A stretch of DNA of 64,000 nucleotides, from assembly GCA_016207885.1 (NCBI GenBank), contig JACQZE010000005.1:197158-261157 (forward strand), written 5' to 3'. Position numbers and translations under genes: made by a program. Positions within the stretch are counted from its first letter, which is position 1. The number at the start of each line of letters is the position of its first letter. This document shows, one piece after another, positions 32,374 to 40,715 of the stretch. The notes beneath the pieces are model-generated. The model did not search any database, was not told the origin of the DNA, and worked only from the letters and a program-made list of their open reading frames with translations. This stretch comes from Nitrospirota bacterium (GTDB lineage: Bacteria > Nitrospirota > Thermodesulfovibrionia > UBA6902).

Positions 32374-33201
32374 ATGGAAACGAATATTGCAGTTTTTAGA
32401 GGTAAGGGGATCAGAAAGACGATTCATAAGAATGAATGGTGGTTTGTCGTTGAGGATGTTGTATTGGCGCTTATTGAATCAAGCGACTCAAAACAATATA
32501 TACAGCGCATGAAACAGCGCGATCCCGAACTAGGCAAAGGGTGGGTACAAATTGTACATACCCTTTCCATAGATACTGAAGGCGGTCTTCAAAAGATGAA
32601 CTGCGCCAACACAGAGGGCATTTTCCGCATTATTCAGTCTATCCCATCCCCTAAGGCGGAGCCTTTCAAACGCTGGCTGGCAAAGGTTGGTTATGAACGA
32701 GTTCAGGAGATCGAAAATCCTGAACTCGGAACAAAGCGGACAAGAGAATTGTATAAGGCAAAGGGATATTCCGATGAATGGATAGAAAAGCGCATGCGCG
32801 GCATTGCGATCAGGGAAGAGCTTACAGACGAATGGAAGAAGAGGGAAGTGAAGGAGAAAAAGGAATATGAGATACTTACTGCCGAGATCGCAAAGGCTGC
32901 ATTCGGCGTAACCCCGGGTCAGCATAAGAAATTAAAAGGGTTGAAACGCGAGAACCTGAGAGACCATATGAATGACCTTGAGCTGATATTCTCAATGCTT
33001 GGCGAAGCTGCTACAACGGAGATAACTAAAGTTGATGATGCAAAAGGGTTTCATGAGAGCAAACGTTCAGCGCGCAAAGGTGGCGAGGTTGCAGGCATGG
33101 CGAGAAAAGACCTTGAGAAGAAGACGGGAAAGAGGGTTGTTTCAAAGGAGAATTATCTGACTGAACCTGAGAGCAGGAAAAGATTGGGAAGGAAGAAGTA
33201 G
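32374..33201 (+). CDS. DinD / Bro-N family protein (DNA-damage-inducible protein D-like), copy 1
   Basis: Starts METNIAVF, with an AGGAGG RBS. Bro-N-like N-terminus. From CANTEGIF onward the C-terminal ~200 aa are about 90% identical to the paralog at 47615-48445. Confidence 0.65.
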   Translation: METNIAVFRGKGIRKTIHKNEWWFVVEDVVLALIESSDSKQYIQRMKQRDPELGKGWVQIVHTLSIDTEGGLQKMNCANTEGIFRIIQSIPSPKAEPFKRWLAKVGYERVQEIENPELGTKRTRELYKAKGYSDEWIEKRMRGIAIREELTDEWKKREVKEKKEYEILTAEIAKAAFGVTPGQHKKLKGLKRENLRDHMNDLELIFSMLGEAATTEITKVDDAKGFHESKRSARKGGEVAGMARKDLEKKTGKRVVSKENYLTEPESRKRLGRKK

Positions 33202-33722
33202 AAAACTGAAGGGTTACTATGGGAAACGAAGCTAAGAAGACCGAACATGCCGGTTCTAAAAAAGGGAATGGCGCTTATTGGGGAATAAAGGCAGCAGCCC
33301 AAAAGGAGTCTAATAAAAAGCGCCGGGAGAATGATAAGTCTTATGTGTCGGAGCAAAGAGATATTTCAAAACCGATTGCTGACCGCTAATCTTTAGCCGC
33401 TTGCAATAGAAGCGAAAGAGGAAGCCCTTGCTGATGCTGAAGAATTGAGACATAAATGAACTACGCCGCCGCAAGCGGACGGGGTATCAAAACCCAAAAA
33501 CACAAGCAAGATGCGCCACAAGTGGCGGTGAATTAACACTTAAAGAGATTGAATTGGTTATTGAACGCAGAGAAAGAAGCGGGGGAACTGAAACATTGAT
33601 GATCTCATCATGCTATCTGTCTTGCATCATTTTATATGGCAAAAAATTGTCTACCGTAACCCCTTCAATGTTAAGTCCATGAACCGAGAAAAAAGAGTTA
33701 CGAGATCGTTGATAATAGGAAG

Positions 33723-34265
33723 TTATGTAAATAGTGCATAAAGCCATAACCAAATATTAATCGTTGGCAAATTAAATATAAATGAGATTGCATAAATAAA
33801 AGTGATTAACGATGCTATTGTCTCATAAAATTCAAAATCCAGTTCTCGTAATATATAAAGAGGGCCTATTGTATATAAAGCAACCATTGGCAAAAAAATT
33901 ATTCCAACTAATAACCCACTAAAAAATATAACAATAAAACCAAAAAATATTATGACACATAAAAGTAAAAACCAAGTCATTCCTGATGCTGAATCAATAA
34001 ATGCTGTAGTAACTAAAGCCCCTTCTCCACTATACTTAAAAATGCCTACTATACTCATTAGCATAAAGACAGTAAAGATTGAGTAAGTTGAAGGCTTATT
34101 AAAAATGTAGTCACGTGCAAAACATCGAGTTACAAATACAGACGCAATAAAAATCCCCCATGTTCCACTTGATAACACCTGTGAAGTAGCATTATCAGGT
34201 GTAACACATCCTGTTAAAAATAATGGCAAGATAATTAAAAAATATTTTTTTTGATTCTTTAACAC
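33723..34265 (-). CDS. AT-rich gene encoding a hypothetical polytopic membrane lipoprotein
   Basis: Lipobox-like LFLTGC followed by several TM helices. The ORF is AT-rich and bracketed by ~22-bp direct repeats. Confidence 0.45.
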   Translation of the reverse strand: MLKNQKKYFLIILPLFLTGCVTPDNATSQVLSSGTWGIFIASVFVTRCFARDYIFNKPSTYSIFTVFMLMSIVGIFKYSGEGALVTTAFIDSASGMTWFLLLCVIIFFGFIVIFFSGLLVGIIFLPMVALYTIGPLYILRELDFEFYETIASLITFIYAISFIFNLPTINIWLWLYALFT

Positions 34266-34408
34266 CGAAACACTATATCCATAAGTAATTGTTGCTTGTC
34301 ATCTACTATTTTGAGAAGAAACTATCAATCATTGATAATAGAAAGTTATTAATTACTTTATCTCTTCTTGATTCCCTAACATATAATATTTCTTTGCAAG
34401 GATGGATA

Positions 34409-35626
34409 TTACTTCTTAGCCACTATCTTCAAAAACCGTCTCTTCCCAACTTTCAGAAGGTATTCACCGGCAGTAAGTTTTTTATCAGGGTCATCAAACT
34501 TCTCATCATCAACCTTCACACCGCCCTGCTGCATGAGCCTTATGGCCTCTCCGGTGCTTTTGACTGAGCTGGAATCTTTTAAAACTTTGGGAAGCCAGAA
34601 GTCATTCTCATCTTCCAGTATGTAAACAGGAACGTCATCGGGCACGCCATGATCTTTAAAGATGCTGTCAAACTCTTCCTTCGCCTTGAGCGCCTCGTCT
34701 TTGCTGTGATACCTCTCAGTTATCTCAAGGGCAAGTTCTTCTTTTGCTTTTTTAGGATGGACAGAACCGTCTTTCAGTCCTTCTTTTAATTTAGCAAGTT
34801 CATCAATAGATATATGGCTTAAAAGTTCATAGTACTTGACCATTAGCTCATCGCTGATGGAGAGGATCTTTCCGTAGATATCTTTTGCAGGTTCTGAGAT
34901 GCCGATGTAGTTGCCGAGGCTCTTTGACATCTTCTTTATGCCGTCCGTTCCTTCAAGAAGCGGCATGATGACAAGCACCTGCGGCTCCTGTCCGTCCTTC
35001 TCCTGAAGCTCCCTACCCATCAGGAGGTTGAACCTCTGGTCTGTGCCTCCAAGCTCGACATCAGATTGAAGCACGACTGAATCATATCCCTGAAGGAGCG
35101 GGTACATGAACTCATGTATGCCGATGGAGTTATTATTTGCAAACCTCTTTTTAAAGTCGTCCCGCTCAAGCATGCGGGCAACGGTCTGTTTTGCCTGAAG
35201 CTTTATGATCTCTATGGTTGAGAGCTTATCAAGCCACTCGCTGTTGAAGCGTATTTCTGTTTTCTCAGGGTCAAGAACCTTAAAGACCTGGGTCTTGTAT
35301 GTCTCCGCATTCTTCAAGACCTCTTCCTTTGTAAGCGGCTTTCTTATCTCATTTCTTCCTGTAGGGTCGCCTATCATGCCTGTGAGGTCTCCGATTATGA
35401 GGGTGAGCTGGTGCCCGATATCCTGTAGCTGGCGCATCTTCTGAAGGAGCACAGTATGTCCGAGGTGGATGTCAGGAGCGGTGGGGTCAAAACCGACCTT
35501 CAGCTTTAAAGGCTTCTTCTCTTTGTAAGAGCGTTCAAGCTTCTTGAGAAGCTCCTTTTCGAGCAGGATCTCAAACGTTCCCCTCTTAAATATCTTCAGC
35601 TGTTCTTCAGGTTTAAGCATAGACAT
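34409..35626 (-). CDS. tyrS: Tyrosyl-tRNA synthetase
   Basis: HIGH (DIHLGHTV) and KMSKS (KKMSKSLGN) motifs, with a C-terminal S4 domain. Confidence 0.95.
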   Translation of the reverse strand: MSMLKPEEQLKIFKRGTFEILLEKELLKKLERSYKEKKPLKLKVGFDPTAPDIHLGHTVLLQKMRQLQDIGHQLTLIIGDLTGMIGDPTGRNEIRKPLTKEEVLKNAETYKTQVFKVLDPEKTEIRFNSEWLDKLSTIEIIKLQAKQTVARMLERDDFKKRFANNNSIGIHEFMYPLLQGYDSVVLQSDVELGGTDQRFNLLMGRELQEKDGQEPQVLVIMPLLEGTDGIKKMSKSLGNYIGISEPAKDIYGKILSISDELMVKYYELLSHISIDELAKLKEGLKDGSVHPKKAKEELALEITERYHSKDEALKAKEEFDSIFKDHGVPDDVPVYILEDENDFWLPKVLKDSSSVKSTGEAIRLMQQGGVKVDDEKFDDPDKKLTAGEYLLKVGKRRFLKIVAKK

Positions 35627-35671
35627 GGTTAGAAAAGAATACAGGATTTATGTATGAAGATTCAATAACAG

Positions 35672-37546
35672 CTACTTCTTCATCAGCGCCTTAACGCTTG
35701 GGAACGCATCCATGTTCGTGTGCGGGATGAACAATCCTGAGACATACTCATCCATAAATGAGCGTGAGACAGAGAGTTCGAGATATGTCATCCTCTCTGC
35801 TATCTTCTCGCCTTCTTTCCGCAGTTTTCTGGAGAGCGAGCAGAGGTATGCGCCTGTGACAGAGGTATTGCCTAAGAATTTAAACTTCTCTCTCGGCATG
35901 TCAGGAAGCATTCCAAGTATTATCGCTTTTTCAATATCAAGGAACTTTCCGAATCCGCCTGCTATATAGACCTTTTGAATATCATCAAATGTAAAACCAA
36001 CTTCGCTGAGAAGTATCGAAATGCCCGCGTAGATGGCGGCTTTTGCCCTGAGTATATTCTCTATGTCAGGCTCGGTCAGAACGATATCCCTGTCCTTTCC
36101 GTAATGGATCACGAACTCAAGTCCGTCCTCGCCCATCCTCACTCTCTTTGAAACATCTTTCTGCAGCTTGCCCCTCTGGTCAATGATGCCTGTGAAGAAC
36201 ATCTCAGATATCGCGTCGATCATTCCCGAGCCGCAGATGCCGAGCGGCTGAGATTCGCCTATCACCTCGATCTCAGGCTCAAGCGTGCTGCGGTTTATCT
36301 TCACATCCTCTATCGCTCCCTCTGTCGCGCGCATGCCGTGCTTCATGCCGCTTCCTTCAAAGCACGGGCCTGCTGAACATGCGGCAGCCACAAGCAACTC
36401 AGAGTTGCCGAGCACTATCTCGCCGTTGGTGCCGATATCCATAAATAGAGAGAGTTCCTCCCGTTTATACATCCCTGACGCAAGAACGCCTGAGACGATG
36501 TCCCCGCCTACATAACTTGAGACTGAAGGGAAGGTGTATACAGGCGTATTCGGGTTTAGATTTATTCCGAGCTCGCCTGTGAAAGAGATCGGGAAAGTAT
36601 TTGCAGTCGGAATATAAGGTTCCTCTCTTATTGATGAAGGGTCGAGGCTGAAGAAGAGCTGTGTCATTGTCGGGTTGCCCGCGATAACGAGCTGGTCTAT
36701 CGTATCAGGGTCTGTAGCGTGCGCCTTCATCAGCAGCGCCAGCATGATGTTGATGTCATTTATGACAGCCTCATTGATATTGGCGAGCTCGCCGTGCTCT
36801 GTCGCATGCACGATCCTTGTGATGACATCATCCCCGAACCTTATCTGCGAATTATATGTTGATGCGATATCAACTACCTTGCCGTCTGTCAGGTCGATCA
36901 GATAGAGCGCAAGCGTTGTGGTACCGATATCAACAGCAACGCCGTAGCGCGGCGACTCTTTATCTCCCGGAAAGATATTAATGACCTCATGGCAGTCATC
37001 GGTATGTATCGAGGATATCGTCACCTCCCATTTATCTTTTCTCAATGTCGCGGAAAGGTTCTTCAACAATCTGAAAGGCACCTTTAAACAGGAGAGTCCG
37101 TATGCATCCAGCCCTCTCTTGAGCCTCGCAAGGTCGCTGATATTGTCATCAAGTGACGCAGGAGGAAGCTGAAGCAGTGTCCTCTCAGTAAGCGGGTCGA
37201 GCTCTGCGCCTGAGGCTGCGAAGAGGGCCTGAAGGTCTTTGGACTTTTCAGTCGCTATCTTGCCTTCAATCGTGAGGACAGACTCTTTGGGAATATCTAT
37301 TGTAAGGTCGCTTTGCGGAAAGGTCTTGCAGGCAAGCGCATAGCCGCGGCCTATCTCTTCGTGTGAAAGCTTTGTCTTTGCTTTAGAATCTGCAGAGCCT
37401 GACTTTACGATAACCTTGCACTTGCCACAGGTGCCTTTGCCCGCGCATGAAGATGTAAGGAACACGCCCTCTCGGTTGAGGCTTTCAAGGAGCGATGAAT
37501 CAGCGGATGCAGGAATGACCTTGCCGGATGCGAGTGTTATCTTCAT
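35672..37546 (-). CDS. 2Fe-2S ferredoxin plus ASKHA-domain protein (RACo-like reductive activator of corrinoid proteins)
   Basis: N-terminal plant-type ferredoxin Cys pattern (SSCAGKGTCGKCKV...ALAC) and a C-terminal ASKHA/DUF4445 ATPase fold. I chose the start MKITLASG. Confidence 0.7.
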   Translation of the reverse strand: MKITLASGKVIPASADSSLLESLNREGVFLTSSCAGKGTCGKCKVIVKSGSADSKAKTKLSHEEIGRGYALACKTFPQSDLTIDIPKESVLTIEGKIATEKSKDLQALFAASGAELDPLTERTLLQLPPASLDDNISDLARLKRGLDAYGLSCLKVPFRLLKNLSATLRKDKWEVTISSIHTDDCHEVINIFPGDKESPRYGVAVDIGTTTLALYLIDLTDGKVVDIASTYNSQIRFGDDVITRIVHATEHGELANINEAVINDINIMLALLMKAHATDPDTIDQLVIAGNPTMTQLFFSLDPSSIREEPYIPTANTFPISFTGELGINLNPNTPVYTFPSVSSYVGGDIVSGVLASGMYKREELSLFMDIGTNGEIVLGNSELLVAAACSAGPCFEGSGMKHGMRATEGAIEDVKINRSTLEPEIEVIGESQPLGICGSGMIDAISEMFFTGIIDQRGKLQKDVSKRVRMGEDGLEFVIHYGKDRDIVLTEPDIENILRAKAAIYAGISILLSEVGFTFDDIQKVYIAGGFGKFLDIEKAIILGMLPDMPREKFKFLGNTSVTGAYLCSLSRKLRKEGEKIAERMTYLELSVSRSFMDEYVSGLFIPHTNMDAFPSVKALMKK

Positions 37547-37561
37547 TTTATTTCTTCTGTT

Positions 37562-37770
37562 CCCCTCTTGCCTAAAGCACCTACTTTTGGTAGGCAAAGA
37601 GGGCCTGCCTGCCGGTAGGCAGGGTTAGGGGAGATTTTGCAATTGTAGATCATTCCATTATTTCTTTATTGATGTATTAATTTTCTGATTATAATAAAGC
37701 ATTATTATAAAATCCCCCCGTGCCCCCCTTGCCTAAAGCACCTACTTTTGGTTGTTAAAGTGGGGATTTT
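37562..37770. repeat. Composite intergenic repeats: two copies of CTTGCCTAAAGCACCTACTTTTGG (37567-37590 and 37728-37751) with hairpin-forming partners
   Basis: Perfect 24-bp direct repeat. Copy 1 lies inside a CCTCTTTGCCTA/TAGGCAAAGAGG palindrome. Confidence 0.6.
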
Positions 37771-37790
37771 ATAAGAGACTTGCCTGATAA

Positions 37791-38762
37791 TTATTTTCTA
37801 AGCTCTTTGGCTGCTTCCATCGCGTGGTATGTGATTATGATGTCAGCGCCTGCCCTTTTTATGGAGGTGAGAATCTCCATCATGACCTTATTCTCATCTA
37901 TCCAGCCGAGCTTGGCTGCCGCCTTGACCATTGAGTATTCGCCGCTGACATTGTATGCGGCAACAGGCAGGTCAAAGGTATTTTTAATATCCGATATGAT
38001 GTCAAGATATGACAGCGCAGGCTTGACCATTACGATGTCAGCGCCTTCTTCTATATCAAGCGCAACTTCCCTAAGCGCCTCGATCCTGTTAGGAGGGTCC
38101 ATCTGGTAGCTCTTCCTGTCACCGAACTGCGGCACTGATTCTGCCGCATCCCTGAACGGGCCGTAAAAAGCAGAAGCGTATTTCGCGGCATAGCTCATTA
38201 TCGGTGTATCATCAAAACCGTGCTCATCAAGCGCGTCTCTTATATAACCTATCCTGCCGTCCATCATGTCTGAAGGGGCGATGATATCCGCGCCTGCCTC
38301 TGCATGCGAGAGCGCCTCTTTCGCAAGCACCTCAAGCGTCGGGTCATTCAGCACCTTTTCTCCCTTTATAATTCCGCAGTGGCCGTGGTCAGTATATTCG
38401 CACAGGCAGACATCCGTTATGACAAGAAGGCCGGGAACCTTATTCTTTATCGCCTTTACAGCAGTCTGAACCACGCCGTTCTTTTTATATGCCTCTGACG
38501 CATGGGCATCCTTATGCTCAGGAATGCCAAAGAGCAGAACAGCAGGTATGCCGAGCTTGTATGCTGCCTGCGCTTCCTTGACGATGAGATCCACAGACAT
38601 CTGAAAACATCCGGGCATCGCGTTTATCTTCTTCTTTACGTTCTTGCCAAAGGTCACGAACAATGGATATACGAGGTCATCCGTACTGAGATGTGTTTCA
38701 CGAACCAGCCTTCTTATGCTTTCATTTGCCCTGAGCCTTCTCGGCCTGTTTAGTAAAGACAT
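37791..38762 (-). CDS. hemB: Porphobilinogen synthase (delta-aminolevulinic acid dehydratase)
   Basis: HemB signatures (RPRRLR, the active-site Lys region ...VKPAL...). Confidence 0.9.
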   Translation of the reverse strand: MSLLNRPRRLRANESIRRLVRETHLSTDDLVYPLFVTFGKNVKKKINAMPGCFQMSVDLIVKEAQAAYKLGIPAVLLFGIPEHKDAHASEAYKKNGVVQTAVKAIKNKVPGLLVITDVCLCEYTDHGHCGIIKGEKVLNDPTLEVLAKEALSHAEAGADIIAPSDMMDGRIGYIRDALDEHGFDDTPIMSYAAKYASAFYGPFRDAAESVPQFGDRKSYQMDPPNRIEALREVALDIEEGADIVMVKPALSYLDIISDIKNTFDLPVAAYNVSGEYSMVKAAAKLGWIDENKVMMEILTSIKRAGADIIITYHAMEAAKELRK

Positions 38763-38883
38763 ATCCGCTCCTTTTATATATGAAATAGGTTAAAAACTGC
38801 TTGTCTTGATTGATAAAGTATACCAGATTTGATAGTTTGAATCCCCTGTATTTCAGGGCTGTTTTCTTTTGATTGTTCATTAA

Positions 38884-39729
38884 TTATTCTTTTGGATCTT
38901 GCCATTTCCAAGAGCTTTCCTCATATCTATGCTCTTTGTCTTCATCACAATAACCAGAGTTATCATATGGTGGCTCTGGAAACCAGAGCATTGTAAGCAC
39001 TACCCCATAATCTATCATTGGCACGCAGCTTTCGAAAAGAGTAGTGGCATTATCTATCCCCTTCCCATTAAACCAGAACGTAGCATGTACTTCTTGTGAC
39101 TCGGCTTCTTGAACGACACCTTTTAGGGAATATGATGCTGTTAAAGTACCTGGAGAAACTTGTTTGCCATGTTCAATCCAGTATGGAAAAGAAGATGATT
39201 TTTGAAACCATTTTATTTTATTCTCTGAAGTTGCAATCAAGACACAACAATCTTCAGTATGTTTTGCGAATTTGATCGCGGTTGCTGTCAGACTTGTCCC
39301 ACAGTCATCGGCAAGTTCTTGAATACTTTCGAAATCTGGCTTGTATTGATAAAGCAATGGCTTAAATAGCCTTTCAGGTAAGAGAAATTCTGACGCAAAC
39401 TGATCAGCCTCTACTTCTTTTATATCCTTGTTCTTAAAGGGATTAGGTATACATTGATAGTTATTTTGATCATGAGAGGGGATACAATGATGAGCAATTT
39501 CATGCGCTAAGGTAAAATGCTTTCTACCTATATTTGTAATATTCTTATTTATGTTGATTACAACTTTGTCACCCACGCGAAGATACAACCCATCAAAACT
39601 ATCTGCATCAACTTCTACAACGTTGAGTTTTAAAGAGCAGGCAATAGTAAAAGGATTGACGGGCAAACTAATTACATTCAAGTCGTTTAGAAGCGTAGAG
39701 GCGTAATATTCAGGATTCAAGGCAATCAT
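38884..39729 (-). CDS. ImmA/IrrE-family Zn metallopeptidase (COG2856) with a C-terminal sensor-like domain; CapP-like
   Basis: HExxH (LAHEIAHH) plus E.EA..FA..LLP (EVEADQFASEFLLP), followed by a ~110-aa extra domain. It overlaps the upstream HTH gene by 4 nt. Confidence 0.75.
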   Translation of the reverse strand: MIALNPEYYASTLLNDLNVISLPVNPFTIACSLKLNVVEVDADSFDGLYLRVGDKVVININKNITNIGRKHFTLAHEIAHHCIPSHDQNNYQCIPNPFKNKDIKEVEADQFASEFLLPERLFKPLLYQYKPDFESIQELADDCGTSLTATAIKFAKHTEDCCVLIATSENKIKWFQKSSSFPYWIEHGKQVSPGTLTASYSLKGVVQEAESQEVHATFWFNGKGIDNATTLFESCVPMIDYGVVLTMLWFPEPPYDNSGYCDEDKEHRYEESSWKWQDPKE

Positions 39730-40067
39730 TTCCTTTCGGATTTCAAAAATTTGATCTGTCGTAAAATCATTTCTCTGTCTTTTGCCGACAGGTTTTTGAA
39801 ATCCCTGAAAAGTAGCTGCACATCGGGATCTTGGAGAATGTCTTCGAGTTCATCTTTAGATGTTTGTCCCAAAAGGCGACTGACAGTAGTCTTCAGAGCT
39901 TTAGCAAGCTTTTCTAATACCTCAGTTGATGGATATCTATCTCCATTTTCAATTTGACTGATTGTAGAGGGGCGAACACCTGCGATTTCTGCCAACTTCG
40001 TTTGGTTCCAGCCAGTTTTAATCCTTTCCGCTTTTATTCTATCCCCTACAGTTTCAGACATACTCAT
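39726..40067 (-). CDS. XRE-family helix-turn-helix transcriptional regulator; CapH-like
   Basis: Cro/C1 HTH (IKTGWNQTKLAEIAGVRPSTISQIENGDRYPS). Confidence 0.8.
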   Translation of the reverse strand: MSMSETVGDRIKAERIKTGWNQTKLAEIAGVRPSTISQIENGDRYPSTEVLEKLAKALKTTVSRLLGQTSKDELEDILQDPDVQLLFRDFKNLSAKDREMILRQIKFLKSERK

Positions 40068-40115
40068 TCTCCCTTCTTAAAATATATTGATATGATAACA
40101 GAATTAACAATAAAT

Positions 40116-40190
40116 AATCACGGCTGTGAAATATTAAATCACAGTGGCTTGACTTTATTGTCACAACTGTGATAATGTAAATCACGTTAG
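40116..40190. promoter_or_regulatory. Divergent promoter/operator region: four TCAC-Nx-GTGA inverted-repeat sites, and a TTGACT-N17-ATAATG promoter with a palindrome (TCACAACTGTGA) in its spacer
   Basis: Sites at 40116-40132, 40137-40149, 40160-40176 and 40179-40190. The -35 is at 40149-40154. Confidence 0.45.
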
Positions 40191-40233
40191 AGAGTTTTAG
40201 TGGGTTATAGATAATATTAAAAAGGAGGTGAAA

Positions 40234-40407
40234 ATGGCAAAGAATCCACCAATAGGAGATGGACATAGACATGGAGCAGTCAGAGATCGCTCACAGGTGC
40301 AAAATTCCAAAACAGAAAGATGGACGAAGCGCGACACTGAGACTGGTCGCTTCAAGGATGTTAAATCAGACGGAACTCCGTTTAAGGGAGTTCGCAAGGA
40401 AAAATAG
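40234..40407 (+). CDS. Small (57-aa) highly basic hypothetical protein
   Basis: AAAGGAGGTG RBS 6 nt upstream of the ATG. It encodes MAKNPPIGDGHRHGAVRDR...KGVRKEK, and is absent from the ORF track only because it is shorter than 60 aa. Confidence 0.5.
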   Translation: MAKNPPIGDGHRHGAVRDRSQVQNSKTERWTKRDTETGRFKDVKSDGTPFKGVRKEK

Positions 40408-40421
40408 GAGGTAGTAAGGAA

Positions 40422-40715
40422 ATGGAAAAAGAAAAAGAGCACAAGGAAGACCACAAAAATGAAGCACCCGGTCAAAACAAAGAATATGCGATCATTGTGA
40501 ATGGTCGGCAAAAGGTCGTGACCACAAAAGAGCTTTCGTTTGACGAAGTTGTCGCTTTAGCTTTTGACAATCCTCCGACTGGCCAGAATATCGTTTTCAC
40601 TGTGACATATAGACGGGGCGAAGGCAATAAGCCCGAGGGAACCTTGGTCGAGGGGGGAAAAGTCAAAATCAAAGAGGGAATAATCTTTAATGTCACAGCA
40701 ACTGATAAATCGTAA
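40422..40715 (+). CDS. Beta-grasp (ubiquitin-like / 'multiubiquitin'-like) small protein lacking a C-terminal GG
   Basis: A charged, disordered N-terminus is followed by ...YAIIVNGRQKVVTTKELSFDEVVALAF...VKIKEGIIFNVTATDKS, a pattern resembling ThiS/MoaD/Ubl beta-grasp proteins. Confidence 0.5.
   Translation: MEKEKEHKEDHKNEAPGQNKEYAIIVNGRQKVVTTKELSFDEVVALAFDNPPTGQNIVFTVTYRRGEGNKPEGTLVEGGKVKIKEGIIFNVTATDKS

Noticed and set aside
37598-37790. Cobalamin riboswitch upstream of the RACo-like gene
   Set aside because: No B12-box (GCCACTG-like) is visible on the relevant strand. Only repeats and hairpins are seen.
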